Origin: Priapulus caudatus
Taxonomy: Eukaryota
Assembly: GCF_000485595.1 (NCBI RefSeq)
Contig: NW_014577066.1
Span: 780,539-844,538 of the forward strand
Length of the DNA stretch: 64,000 nucleotides
Direction: 5' to 3'
Part shown: positions 38,701 through 49,422 of the stretch, one piece after another
Numbering within the stretch: the first letter of the stretch is position 1
How the letters are laid out: the number at the start of each line of letters is the position of its first letter
Program-made: the position numbers and the translations under genes
The notes under the pieces: model-generated
Told to the model about the DNA's origin: nothing
Seen by the model: only the letters and a program-made list of their open reading frames with translations
Database searches by the model: none

Positions 38701-41700
38701 ACAATACAGATGCAAATGCATTAACTCATGTACACACATTTAAGCCAGGGAGGATTGGGCAAGAAACGTAAAATTCGGGAGTTCCTATCTACGAATCACG
38801 AATTCACTTACGCTGCAAACAGCACACGTGAGCGGACAACGAACTTGAAGATGAATTCGAGTGACTTCATGACTTTGAGAAGCATGTCAAGGTTCTGTCT
38901 CTCCGGAACATTTTGGACATAGTCCTTCAGAACAACCATCAGCTTGCTAAAAGGTAAGGATGACAGCCATTAATGTGAGTAAACAGGTTAACGTGATTAA
39001 TGAAGCAGTGTTTCTAATAAACCAGTATCCCTAAGAATGAAACATAGTGCAATTCTGAACTAATTCACACTAACAAAATTCCAACCTTTCACTTTGTCCA
39101 AACTCAGACTATTTACTCTTGATCATAAAGAATGAGGCAGCACATATTTCAATATCCGCATCGCTAAATTCAGTATAAAACTTAAAAATGAGCCATAAAA
39201 ATACACCACACAACTAAGGCTCTTGTAATAAATGTTAAATATTTTATCCGCTACAGCATCCTAATGTATTTATTGAGTATTAACTCACACAGTAAAGACA
39301 ACAAGGTGATGGCTTACTTGTATGCTAATGTTGCACTGAAGTTCTCAGTTATGTATGTATTCAGCACAGGTTTAAAATGCTGGTACTTCCTATCCGATAT
39401 CAGACTGATGACAAATACCTAAAAGCACACAAAATAAGAATTCAGTGGCTATCATATATTTAACAAACCATATCAGGATAAACCAATCAAATTTCAATTT
39501 ACTGCATAAAAAAGTGCTGCCAATTAATTAAATTTTTAATTATGAGTGGCACACATTACATTCATTGCATGGTGCTAGGTTATTTAGAGTGTCACATCTT
39601 TAATTATCATGGCACCACAGAAAAGTGCTTGTGGGGAGCATTGCCTAGGTATTCCACAAGAAATCCATAATACTAATGCACCAAGAGCTTTTGGAGCTAA
39701 CGATCTACTATCATGAAATAATATGTAGGGACGAACTAGGGCTTGTACGGTATTGTTATCGAAAACATCACATGATAAACTATATCTACATATCTTACAA
39801 ATGGGCTTACATCTTATTACTCTGTAAGAGATGTAAGAGATCACTCTCACTCAGAAAACTCTGCAGAGGAAGTGGTTTCAGAGGTATCAAATTATGGAGT
39901 AGAAATAAAATTCACATCTATCTGTCAAACAGACAGATTATGTTTCACGTTTTTTCTCAACTACCACTGTACCACGCACCCTGCAGGAATAGTTCATCTC
40001 ATTCAGTTCAATCCAGTGCAGAGAAACTGTTACACTGCTATTGTAATCTTTTTACAGGCATAACGATTATAGATGGCAGCACAAACAATTTGAGTATTAC
40101 TTGCATACAAAAGTAAAAACCAACATTTATGAAGGAGGAAACATGATGACATGAGGAAACATGATCATGAATTAAGAACGGATTCCTGCAGGACACAGTG
40201 TAAGCAACAAGAATGGAACGAAATATTTAAAATGTGCATGCAACCAATATCGCAAGCTTAAACACCACAGATAGATTATGGTAGCTAAAAACGTCTATAT
40301 AAGGAAATGAAGTAGTTACAAAATATGCCCGAATGAGCTTCACTGGTGTGGTGTGCAGGCTTCAAACCTGTAGCCGACTAACGTCGGAGTGGTTCAATTC
40401 CACCTTTCGGGCGTTGAACGTTGTTCACAACAAATTTTAACCGTAGGCGCGTTCAACAGCGCGAACGCAAGTGCACTCGCCTTCTGAACGACACTGGGCG
40501 GTCGACCGTGTATCCGGTACTCCGTGATATTTACTCACGGATTTTGGAAACTGTGGCTAGTTTCCAGTTACAGAACACAATGTACTAAAATTTAATTTTG
40601 AAGTTAAATTTGTGCTTCTAGTACACCTGAAGTTTTGAAATGCCATGATTTTGGATAGTCATTTTTCTTTCTTGATATAATTTCTTGTTAAACCACTAAG
40701 ACACTAAGAACCACGGTTATATTTATGTTATATATATATACACATAAACATAACCATGGTTCTTATAATTATATATATAAACTTGCATGTTTTATCATTT
40801 AATCAGTTTTAATGGTGTGTATTGGTGCGAAATGAGCCCTTACCCAGCAATTTTACCCCCCCCCCCAAGCCTGTTAATCAAGTAGTGAAGACATCAATAC
40901 GCACAAACTTACCAAGGCATCAAACACAAGGTTATCATAGATGTCAGAGTCGGAATTGTGCATGAGAATGTTGAAGAGAGCATCCAGTGTGTCCTGTAAG
41001 AACTGTAACAGAGGAAAGCAGAGGAGTGATGAAGCCCTGTAGATAGCTAGCATCACATGAATGTCAATCATTGTCCTACGCCAACAGTGGCGCGGGTTTT
41101 ATGCCCAACTATATCGGATGTACAGTAAATTCACTACTGTTTTGATGCTGCATATGTATTGCAAGCAGTGATTACAAGCGTTATTTAGTAATATCGGAAG
41201 AACTAAAGAAATATTACAATACCTCATAGTTATGCACAGGTGGCACCTAAATATTTCCTTCAGTACCTTAACGATCTCCTCTCCGTCAACGTTGGTCAAA
41301 GACTGCAGGTTATTTTTCAGGTTGTCCGGATTAGCACGCCACTTCAGCAGACCCAGCAAGTCAACTGAAAATCCAACCCATCAGAAACAGGTGAACACGT
41401 GGCGCGGGTACTTCATTAGCTATGCAACACTTAGGTGCTGCAAAATACTCGTGCATAACGTACAGTCCCATTACCGGCAAAAACCCGAAAAATGGCCGCG
41501 AACCACTATAAATCACGATACCATTCCATTCCCATCAAAATCCATATGTATCCCAAGATACACGCCAGCAAACGCAGAGGATTTCCTGAAGGAAGGGTCG
41601 AGAGGCTAGTTGAGATTGAGAGAAAGAGGCGCTGATAGCGTGTGTGGCATACGTACTGTTGTGGGTGAGCTTGGTCGAGCACACGGTCGTGCTGATGGTG

Positions 41701-44700
41701 AACGAGTCTTTCGAACTGTACGTGAGGCCGCTCGAGTTCTTACTGAGCGCCACCTGGCTGCCATACTGATTACCGCTCAGCTCTGCCTCCTGCCTTGTTC
41801 CCGGAACCACGAGGTAGTTGAGCATGTCGATCGACTTTTTGTGCTCGATCTGTGGAACAAGATATGTGACAGACTGTAAAGCTAGTTGGAAGCAAAATGA
41901 ATAAACGTAGCCAATAACATACTCTGTAGTGTAACATGTACTTTAGTTACTCTGTTACGTAACACGTAATGAACTTACTCTGTAGTATAACAAGCAGGGA
42001 GTGGGTGCCCCTTTCGGATGAAACAATGAGTGCTGCCCCTAATAAACCTGACCTTATAGCCAAGTGAGAAGCACGTGCCAGCTCTTAAAACCGACTGTAC
42101 ATTTGACAAGTAGCAAACACTGTCGTCTGTAACTGACCTTGTAGACAAGGAGCTCGTGGTTGCCGTCTAGCAGAGTTGTTCCGTTAGCCTGCATGAGTTT
42201 GACGTAGGAGAGAGCAAAGGGTTTCTCCACCTTGTCCTTCACCTCACTCGACGACCGGTGCTTGAAGTCAAACCGCAGGTGTGCATTGTAGAACTCCTCT
42301 ATAGGTACTGCCACCTGTCACAAATGCATTAGCAACACATTAACACACCTGTCGTTACCACGTTGTCATCCAGTTCAAACACCAGCTAATAATACGATTA
42401 ACATCAGATTATATAGAGTTAACATTTACACTAATAACTCGAGATAAAACAGTAAGAGAGAGAATTAAAGCCGTTTTTCCACAAAATGGTTAGTAAGCTT
42501 AAAGTAACTATTGTGAGAATTTTCCAGTGTTTCCCCCACTTTCATGATACCTTCCGTTATTGCTTGAGTAACAGCAATTGTCTAGAGTAATGATAAAATG
42601 TCTTAGAACCTTCGTATTCACCAAATCATGCACGATTACAATTTTGCGTTCTGTTTCTGTTTACCGTTGCCATCTCTCGGACTTTCTCGCGGTAGCGCGA
42701 GACATCTATCACGGTGCAGTAATGCATACCGTCGCACCGTAGAAATCAGATCAGAGTGTAAACACAGACGTTCATACTAGCGTAACAGCAGTGTAGTACT
42801 AATGCCACGTAAAGTCTGTTATTAGAGAAGCTTGTGGATTGCCAGTCAGATAGTAACACGGGAATGACAATGACAGAAAGTGCTCTGAATTATTGACATA
42901 AAAACTCAATAATATTTACCAAACAGAATTGCACGCCCTTTTGTTTTAATTATGTGCACTTGTTTGAAGACGCTATTTGTGATTTTGAGAGTCGGGACAC
43001 GATAAAATTTATTGCTGGTATGATGTGGTCAAATAAATTTGTCTATGCTATAGCTGCATAAAATCTTGGTGTTTTGAATGTTGGTATAATCAGTGATATT
43101 TCCACTGTCAGGTGAGACTATATTCAGCTATATTTAGTTTTTCTGAGCAAAAATCTCGCAATACAGGCTTTAAGAAGCTTACCCATCAATAAATACATAC
43201 ATCACTGATCACGCCTTAAAAGATTGTAAGAACTGCTCTATGCAGACTTCAGCATGCCTATAATGAGCAAGCGTGCGAGCAACCTACCTGGAACGTCTCA
43301 TTCCATCGTGGCTTGTCTTCGTGGTAGTAAACGACTGACCGGTACATACTGGACATCTCATTACTCGACTCCAGACTGATCACATTCTGCCAAGATCATC
43401 ACACATCAGTGCGAGGTTTCACGTGGGAGAGAAGAAGTTTTATGCTGCGAAGACCAACTGAGCTTGGGGCCTAGCACCATCAGATGCAACTTTTTTTTTA
43501 CCTTTCCTTCTGATAACATTTATTCATGGTAGCCGCAGAGTAGAAAAAGAACAAATAAACGCTGCCTGATATTTGATTCCCATCACCTCGAATAACTACA
43601 CAATGCTACAAACGTTGGCACTTCTATGTAACCCTAACCAAAACCCTAATAGAGAGTTCACTGCTCCAGTAAGAAAGCCCCATAACGTATTTTTCACCCC
43701 TCATCTCACACCCGCGGCATCAGGAATAACTACCGGCAAAACTTTGCCGTCGTGGCTGCGCACGCTGACGGTAACTTCAACATTCTTGTCCGAAGTCTTG
43801 CTGCCCTTTGCAAACTCCCCCTGCAGCAACGTTAGGTACACGTCGTTGCGCACATCACCTGCAATGATGTTCGTTATTGTACATATGCACTGTGTAGTTT
43901 GATAACAGCATGAAAAACATTAACAAAATGAGCACATACAGACATACTATGTAATTGTGGGTTTGTAATTAGCATCTAGTTTCATTATTATCTTTGCCAT
44001 GCACATTTTTTAGTGTAGAAAGATTACATTGTAAACTCATCAGCATTCATTGAACTTTATTAATTTTAATTTAGGTCCAGTCCAGAATATATATTAGTGT
44101 TTCGATTCGGATAGTATCCTTGACGATTTTGCAGTGACCACATCAAGAAAAGGAACAGCTTGTTCATGCACGTCTTGGCAGGACCTGCGCCGGGCTAGAC
44201 TAACACACGACCGAAGACTCACCAGGCAAGATGACCTCTGGAAAGCCCATCTTCCTGACGAGACAAGTGCTGATCGAGACCAGGTGAGGGTGCTCTTCTC
44301 TTGCCTGCCAACAGCACAAATCCAATATTACATTGAGGCGGGAAGCCCGAGGGAAGATGAGAACCCTAACCCTAACCCAAAATAACGTGCATTTGCAACA
44401 CCGACGTTGCCGCTATGCTACAAGGAAGGCACACAAGATTGCATTGGGAAGATGCAATCGACTAGAGGTGCATAGCAGCAACTGCCTAGCTGCTACTCTA
44501 AACACATTCTTGACGCACCTGTTTGAAGTCTCCTGGAAGCAGCTTGAGAGCAGTCCACAGCCCCTGACCCTTGTGGTTGACCTCCTTGGCAGTAATGACC
44601 TTCTTAATGACGGTCTCCAAGAAGTCTCGCTCACCACAGCTATGAGACGAGCAAAAGCATACATGTGTAAGTGCCAATGACGTAGACGGACACAAGGTTG

Positions 44701-47700
44701 GCGAAATTGCTCGTGGTAGAATAAATAACAGGCACTTACTAGACAAAGGGCAGGAAGTGGTGCTTGTCTTCGTCACTTTCTATCTTGCCTGCCATGATGT
44801 CTGTGATGTCCATCACTAAAGGAACAGAGCCGGCAAAATGTAATGAAGTGTAATAATACGATTTAGACAACACTTGATATTGCTCAGAGCACTCTATCAT
44901 ACCATGTCTCCCTCACATACTCCTTGTCACCTTCTCTCACCCTTTTACGTCACGTTCTCCTTTATTCAAACGCGCACAAGTTATGCAAGTACATTACGCA
45001 AAAGAAGAATTTTAACGTGCCTGCCACGCCGAATGGTCGGCGTATGTTCTGTTTGTCTTTACACTTTTTCTCGTGTTTATCCGTTTCCTTCCAGTCCATG
45101 TTGCCTATCCGGATCACCTGACACACCAGGATCACTTTTTCTCGGCTCAGGTCCCTGTTACCGAGGTCCTAAATACAACATGTGCACTGTCGTTAGACTT
45201 GTTACAATTCTTGCATTTAGGCTTCAATCAGTAGCTTCATATAAACTGTGTTAAATAACACAGAGTGCACAGGACTCTGTTATCGGTTTTAGAGCATCCA
45301 TTATACTATACACTGGGCATGACAAATGTGTAGGTTAACGTAACGGATATGATTAAATGGTACAGAACCTGAGGGCACTCAAAATAGCTTAAGGAAAGTC
45401 CAAGTAGGTTCAGACATCGTGCAAGCGTGTGACAGCGAATAAGACCGAGTACAAATATGATCTATGTTGAAAAATGTTCTACAACATTGATACTGCCATT
45501 ACATTACCTAAACTCTGCAAAATGCACATGTATAATTTTCTAATAGCATTCATGTTTCTCATTCACTAGTGCTCACCGAGTTTAATGAACGCATTATCTA
45601 TCACTATGCCTAGAGTAAGACTGGATGCTAATTCAGGAAACCTCCCGAAGTATTATACTTACGTTATTACTGTAATGGAAAAACACATCCTCCATAATTT
45701 GATATACATTCCATGTTTCAATCATATCTTTGCATGATTGCCAGTTAATTCGCTGATTGTTGTTCACTGGGACATCAAATTATGTACGGCTAAGATTACA
45801 TGTCATTACTTACAGTTACATAGAGCAAACCAGAACCAACATCTCATATATCAAGTTACCAGACCAAGCTATGACAGTTTTTTACATCTCACTCATAATA
45901 AGCTCTCAAGAATCTTTAATTGTACATAGTAAGCTCATCTGTTCAGTCTACAACTGCCATGCAAACACCCACCGTGAATAAGGCCCTGTAGTCTTTCAGT
46001 GTCTCACGTTCCTGTCCAATTCCTTCCCACTTTATCCAGTAGCTTTCGCTGCAACACAGTAATGAAGAATTAAAAACTAGAAACAGTGCGGACACTGCCA
46101 GGACAAACTACGCTGCTCCATGTCAGGATAGTCATGTAGGTATACTTCATTCCTAGTTACCGTCTACACGTCTTCAGTTTTATCATTGCTAGCTCTTTCA
46201 CCATTCAGAAGCACATTTCGACAGGGCTCAATTCCAGCAACTGCCACTGCCACGGCTGTTCCCCAAACCTCCTTATTTAGCAAGGTGCCTCGAAAATAAG
46301 CCCAATGTCCACTGCAATAACTTTCCGTGGCAGCCTTACATGGTTTGCTTCCTGTACCCAGCGCATGAATTCCACGCTGCGCACGTATCCCTCCCCCTCT
46401 TAGTCTTACTCAAACATTTCTGCAAGAAAGCAAGTTTCCTGTACAATCGAATAACTGCGAATAACTCTAGCCCCGTTCTTGGAGTCTCGTTGAATTGCTT
46501 ACGTGAAGAACTTGCACTCGGTGGCATCGTAGAGAGACAGCAGCAGCTCACAGTCGCTCTTCGCGTTCGCGCAGACAAAGTTCTTCGGCGAGACGAACAG
46601 GTTGTTTGCGAATCGCGCGATCGTCGGCTGCGACAGCCGGCTGTCCCTCCTCCGCACCTGCAGCAGACGCTGCACGGCCTCCTCGTGCTGCCAATCAATC
46701 AGCAACCTCAGCACGCTTACCCGATCGCAACGATCGTCGCACATTGGTCAACGAATCTGAGTGCTTGGCTGATGCAGCCAGCTTATTCAATGTGACAGGT
46801 GATGCTTCTCAACGAATCAGGAGCATGGAATACCATAACAACCCAAACGACTACCGTACATACTATTCCTGACCCACTACTTTATCGAAAAAACATTATG
46901 TGAAATTTCCTGTTCAGCACTATTATCCTCCCCCAGCCATTTTAAAGTATACACCAGCAGGCTATAACAGTAATTAAAGTAGAAACCTGAAAACGTGAGA
47001 ACCACACAAACTCTAAGAATGCTTCCAAATATCTAGTGGCAAAACATTACACAAGACCTTCTCGCCAATTTCATTTTCAAGCACATTCCTAAGCTAAACG
47101 TCTAGCCGTCCACGGACAGTTCACAATCACTGCAGATGAGTTCCACGCAACCAGCTTCGTAACTCTACCTGTCGGAAGAGCTGGATGGTGCTAGTCTCGT
47201 CCGGATCCAGGACATTACCCTGCTCATCCCGCACGACCAGGTCAAGTTCCAGCATCAGGTTGCCCCTGTCTATGGCTGCGGTCACCTGCTGCTTCACCTC
47301 CTTCAACTCATCCTACACGCAAGAGCAAAAGAACAGTGGTAGCACTACTGGAGCACAAACCTCGCTCCCTTATCCTTCCATTTTCTTCGTTAGGAACTTG
47401 AGAATGAAAATTTGAACGAAAAGTTTGTCACTATTTTTATAGCTCAATGGCATAGAGTGGTAATAATATAAGCTAATAATAATGTAATAATAAATAAAAT
47501 AAAATAATAAATAATAAGGTAATAATATAAGCTTATCGAACACTCGTAGGGTTGTACAGAAGATCTGTGTTTCGTGAAGATGGTATAGGCTCCCCTGTAC
47601 ACATTTATATCACACTCACACTGCTTGTGTGAATTGAGTCAATGTAGAGCCATCTGTACCGCATCATGACAGTGTATGTACATAATTATATAAATATATA

Positions 47701-49257
47701 TACATATATGCGGTGCATATTCTCATTTCTCACTCTCTCCTTAACATAAACATATCTGTAAAAATAACTGCTTCTAGAATCTAGATGATGACAGTCGCTA
47801 GAAAGTTGAGCATCACATACCACAGGTAGCGTTCCCGACATGATCTGACTTCGGAAGTTGATCAGTTCGTTCATCATGATTCGGATCTTCTCAAAGTGAG
47901 AACTGCCCGTCTGAAATCACAAAGCCATGATCTATATTTAGAAACTACTGCATTGTGTAGAATCAAGAACACTTTTGCTCGAAACGTCAATGCATCCTTG
48001 ACAACTACATCTTGTAACAAGTTAGAATTTTTTACCTTTCTTCATACCAGCCTGCTACTACAGTAATGAACACAATGTATAACATTACGTAGCAATAGCG
48101 CAGTAGGTTGTCAGGAAGTGTTAAACATGCGATTGCCGGTCAGTGATCAATATCTGTGTATGTATACACCATCATTTAAAATCTGTCCTATTCCATTTCC
48201 ATACTTAGGATTTAAATCGGACAAAGTTTAAGCAGGCCCTGAAACAACTGGATCAATATTAGTACAAAACATGAGTGAATCCCTTCCCTAGCTTTACTCA
48301 CAACAAATAATTGTTTCCAGATGGTGCCCCATTCACGTAGCACTGAGGTGATTTCCAATACCACCGGTGATTCCTTTGGCACCACCGTCTCGTAGTTTCT
48401 GTGGAAAACAAACGTTTCGCATATTTCACTCACAAACTATCTGTAATTCTGTAAACAAGCCGCTGTTTAATCCCTAAACGTGCTAGAGTTAGCAGTGCAT
48501 TGCTTTTGCGTTCTCATAAGTAGAACCTCCCAAAATTGACCACAAGCAAAATGTCAAGGTTGCCTGAGTTGAGAGATCCCATGGAATATGTAGCAGTAAT
48601 GTTATTAGCAACATACCTGTTGACAACAACGCCATCCTTGATATGCACATGAGTCTTTGGGAAGATTCCCTTCTTGGTCCTGTTACGCATGTTGTATCCT
48701 CTGTACCAGTCTGGAAGGCAACACCAGAAGAATGTGAACTAGCAAGCAAGCATGCTGGCTCGCAAAAGAGACCTCACTCGGTTTCCACTTCACCATACAA
48801 CAATGTTAAAATTACATTCTACTAAACGAAGCTCATTACACATACAAAAACGATTAATCAAGTGAAATCAGGGCAGTTTATCAACTACTAAATAGTATTA
48901 AAAAAATTTACATATATACAATCAACATAAAAATAAAATTCCAGAAACATAATTTTACAGAAACTGAATGTCTATAAACTTAAAATGTCAACAAGAATTA
49001 GCACATAGTAACACATTTGAACATAAAATAACATGCGATTTATCAACATACAATTCGTTCAATCCCAGTAGAATGCATTGCTGCCACGGTTATTGGTGTA
49101 CCATGAAGGCATCTACCACACGGATATTCTGGTACTAATAGATCCCATTTGAAGTGAGCTAGCTGCAACTAACCTTCATTTCTCTCCGATATATGTACCG
49201 AGTCGCCAACTTGTAAAAAGAGGGCCTCCTGTTTGTCAGATTTGAAGTTGGAGATGA
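9651..49257 (-). CDS. DOCK1: DOCK-A family Rac guanine nucleotide exchange factor (DOCK1/DOCK180/mbc/CED-5-like), multi-exon span of exons 2-41; probably extends to ~59570 (5') and below 2488 (3')
   Basis: 40 exons with GT-AG boundaries (one GC-AG, one U12-type) join in frame. Translation follows DOCK1 throughout: WYRG..KKGIFP (SH3), [14 protein letters not shown] (DHR-1), [30 protein letters not shown] and [19 protein letters not shown] (DHR-2). Confidence 0.96.
10111..10242 (-). CDS. DOCK1: DOCK exon 40 (DHR-2 end)
   Basis: [44 protein letters not shown]|gtagct. Confidence 0.92.
10598..10681 (-). CDS. DOCK1: DOCK exon 39 (DHR-2)
   Basis: [28 protein letters not shown]|gtaaac. Confidence 0.94.
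10939..11115 (-). CDS. DOCK1: DOCK exon 38 (DHR-2 catalytic lobe, nucleotide-sensor Val)
   Basis: [43 protein letters not shown]|gtgagt. Confidence 0.95.
12554..13466. mobile_element. MITE (PIF/Harbinger-like termini) carrying a (GTGC)n array
   Basis: TIR AGGGC(A/C)GGACACACTA(A)GGCGATTAAATCG at both ends. Internal copies of GACACACTAGGCGATT; GTGC array ~12646-13167. Confidence 0.8.
14040..15170 (-). pseudogene. Degenerate Helitron RepHel C-terminal PIF1 helicase fragments (partly duplicated)
   Basis: [32 protein letters not shown] and [11 protein letters not shown], with stops and frameshifts. Confidence 0.82.
15866..15940 (-). repeat. tRNA-derived (SINE-head-like) Pol III cassette inside the Helitron
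   Basis: A box TGGCGCGGTGG, B box GAGTTCGAAAC, GCTGT/ACAGC acceptor-like pairing. No canonical anticodon arm. Confidence 0.6.
17752..18460. repeat. (CTG/CTA)n followed by (GGCA/GACA)n simple repeats
   Basis: Direct reading. Confidence 0.9.
18440..28030. repeat. Indel-rich multi-kb duplication around a 25-N gap (probable assembly artefact); includes a ~56-bp G-rich minisatellite and CT tracts
   Basis: 18470-23018 matches 23743-28029; 21101-21770 matches 23044-23686 and 26238-26880. Confidence 0.85.
29069..29155 (-). CDS. DOCK1: DOCK exon 37 (DHR-2)
   Basis: [29 protein letters not shown]|gtaagt. Confidence 0.93.
30050..30134 (-). CDS. DOCK1: DOCK exon 36 (DHR-2)
   Basis: [28 protein letters not shown]|gtaagt. 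Confidence 0.94.
30804..30885 (-). CDS. DOCK1: DOCK exon 35 (DHR-2)
   Basis: [27 protein letters not shown]|gtaata. Confidence 0.91.
30886..31097 (-). other. U12-type (minor spliceosome) GT-AG intron
   Basis: 5' site GTATCCTT. Branch site TCCTTGAT (30896-30903) with the A 12 nt from the 3' end of the intron. Flanking exons join in frame. Confidence 0.9.
31098..31239 (-). CDS. DOCK1: DOCK exon 34 (DHR-2; followed by U12 intron)
   Basis: [47 protein letters not shown]|gtatcctt. Confidence 0.94.
31531..31635 (-). CDS. DOCK1: DOCK exon 33 (DHR-2)
   Basis: [35 protein letters not shown]|gtacgg. Confidence 0.94.
32062..32151 (-). CDS. DOCK1: DOCK exon 32 (DHR-2)
   Basis: [30 protein letters not shown]|gtaggc. 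Confidence 0.92.
32446..32565 (-). CDS. DOCK1: DOCK exon 31 (DHR-2)
   Basis: [40 protein letters not shown]|gtaagg. Confidence 0.93.
33109..33240 (-). CDS. DOCK1: DOCK exon 30 (DHR-2 start)
   Basis: [44 protein letters not shown]|gtaccc. Confidence 0.94.
33810..34052 (-). CDS. DOCK1: DOCK exon 29
   Basis: [47 protein letters not shown]|gtgcgt. Confidence 0.95.
34603..34778 (-). CDS. DOCK1: DOCK exon 28
   Basis: [46 protein letters not shown]|gtgagt. Confidence 0.95.
35422..35480 (-). CDS. DOCK1: DOCK exon 27
   Basis: [19 protein letters not shown]|gtaggt. Confidence 0.93.
35692..35865 (-). CDS. DOCK1: DOCK exon 26
   Basis: [47 protein letters not shown]|gtaagt. Confidence 0.94.
36307..36500 (-). 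CDS. DOCK1: DOCK exon 25
   Basis: [40 protein letters not shown]|gtgagc. Confidence 0.94.
36839..36934 (-). CDS. DOCK1: DOCK exon 24
   Basis: [32 protein letters not shown]|gtgagt. Confidence 0.92.
37112..37239 (-). CDS. DOCK1: DOCK exon 23
   Basis: [33 protein letters not shown]|gtgagt. Confidence 0.93.
37595..37772 (-). CDS. DOCK1: DOCK exon 22
   Basis: [32 protein letters not shown]|gtgagc. Confidence 0.93.
37824..38024. mobile_element. Small Tc1/mariner-like MITE
   Basis: CTGTATA...TATACAG|TA ends with repeated TTCGCG/CGCGAA motifs. Confidence 0.55.
38470..38578 (-). CDS. DOCK1: DOCK exon 21
   Basis: [36 protein letters not shown]|gtgagt. Confidence 0.91.
38812..38946 (-). CDS. DOCK1: DOCK exon 20
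   Basis: [35 protein letters not shown]|gtaagt. Confidence 0.93.
39318..39418 (-). CDS. DOCK1: DOCK exon 19
   Basis: [33 protein letters not shown]|gtaagc. Confidence 0.94.
40259..40302 (+). promoter_or_regulatory. External Pol III promoter of tRNA-Sec (TATA box, possible PSE)
   Basis: TATATAA at 40296-40302 (-31 to -25). A CACC-containing PSE-like stretch lies at about -65 (tentative). Confidence 0.6.
40327..40413 (+). tRNA. TRU-TCA: tRNA-Sec (selenocysteine tRNA, anticodon TCA at 40362-40364)
   Basis: GCCCGAATG-AG-CTTCAC TGGT GTGGTG-TGCAGG CTTCAAA CCTGTA-G CCGAC TAAC GTCGG A-GTGG TTCAATT CCAC-CTTTCGGGC G. This is the eukaryotic 9/4 fold with a long variable arm and G discriminator, close to vertebrate tRNA-Sec. 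Confidence 0.96.
40435..40438 (+). terminator. Pol III T4 terminator of tRNA-Sec
   Basis: First TTTT run, 22 nt downstream of the tRNA 3' end. Confidence 0.5.
40913..41002 (-). CDS. DOCK1: DOCK exon 18
   Basis: [30 protein letters not shown]|gtaagt. Confidence 0.94.
41267..41364 (-). CDS. DOCK1: DOCK exon 17
   Basis: [33 protein letters not shown]|gtactg. Confidence 0.93.
41657..41849 (-). CDS. DOCK1: DOCK exon 16
   Basis: [37 protein letters not shown]|gtacgt. Confidence 0.93.
42138..42314 (-). CDS. DOCK1: DOCK exon 15 (DHR-1/C2)
   Basis: [37 protein letters not shown]|gtcagt. Confidence 0.94.
42503..43169. mobile_element. Kolobok-like MITE, copy 2
   Basis: TTAA|AG...CT|TTAA; same family as 7821-8311 with a longer interior. 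Confidence 0.75.
43288..43386 (-). CDS. DOCK1: DOCK exon 14 (DHR-1/C2)
   Basis: [33 protein letters not shown]|gtaggt. Confidence 0.93.
43734..43858 (-). CDS. DOCK1: DOCK exon 13 (DHR-1/C2)
   Basis: [42 protein letters not shown]|gtagtt. Confidence 0.93.
44223..44304 (-). CDS. DOCK1: DOCK exon 12
   Basis: [27 protein letters not shown]|gtgagt. Confidence 0.93.
44519..44639 (-). CDS. DOCK1: DOCK exon 11
   Basis: [40 protein letters not shown]|gtgcgt. Confidence 0.93.
44740..44815 (-). CDS. DOCK1: DOCK exon 10
   Basis: [25 protein letters not shown]|gtaagt. Confidence 0.92.
44816..45020 (-). other. GC-AG intron
   Basis: Only CAG|GCACGT gives the phase-1 join producing conserved PFGVAVMD; the nearby GT is out of phase. 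Confidence 0.8.
45021..45168 (-). CDS. DOCK1: DOCK exon 9 (ends at a GC donor)
   Basis: [36 protein letters not shown]|gcacgt. Confidence 0.9.
45973..46048 (-). CDS. DOCK1: DOCK exon 8
   Basis: [25 protein letters not shown]|gtgggt. Confidence 0.88.
46503..46687 (-). CDS. DOCK1: DOCK exon 7
   Basis: [34 protein letters not shown]|gtaagc. Confidence 0.9.
47169..47312 (-). CDS. DOCK1: DOCK exon 6
   Basis: [48 protein letters not shown]|gtagag. Confidence 0.93.
47821..47910 (-). CDS. DOCK1: DOCK exon 5
   Basis: [30 protein letters not shown]|gtatgt. Confidence 0.93.
48302..48398 (-). CDS. DOCK1: DOCK exon 4
   Basis: [32 protein letters not shown]|gtgagt. Confidence 0.93.
48617..48710 (-). 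CDS. DOCK1: DOCK exon 3 (SH3)
   Basis: ccag|[31 protein letters not shown]|gtatgt. Confidence 0.93.
49174..49257 (-). CDS. DOCK1: DOCK exon 2 (SH3)
   Basis: tgcag|..[27 protein letters not shown]..|gttagt. Confidence 0.88.
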
Positions 49258-49379
49258 CTGCAATCATAATAGCACTTTTACAACTTTTTTATTTTTACAA
49301 ATTACAGTGCAACTGCTCTCGTCTCACAAAATATAAGGTAAAGAAGGAACACAAAGGACTGCCACAGACACAAACATCA

Positions 49380-49422
<43 letters not shown>

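Noticed and set aside
40327..40413. Opal-suppressor or Trp tRNA interpretation of the TCA anticodon
   Set aside because: The 9/4 fold, long variable arm and sequence identity indicate tRNA-Sec.
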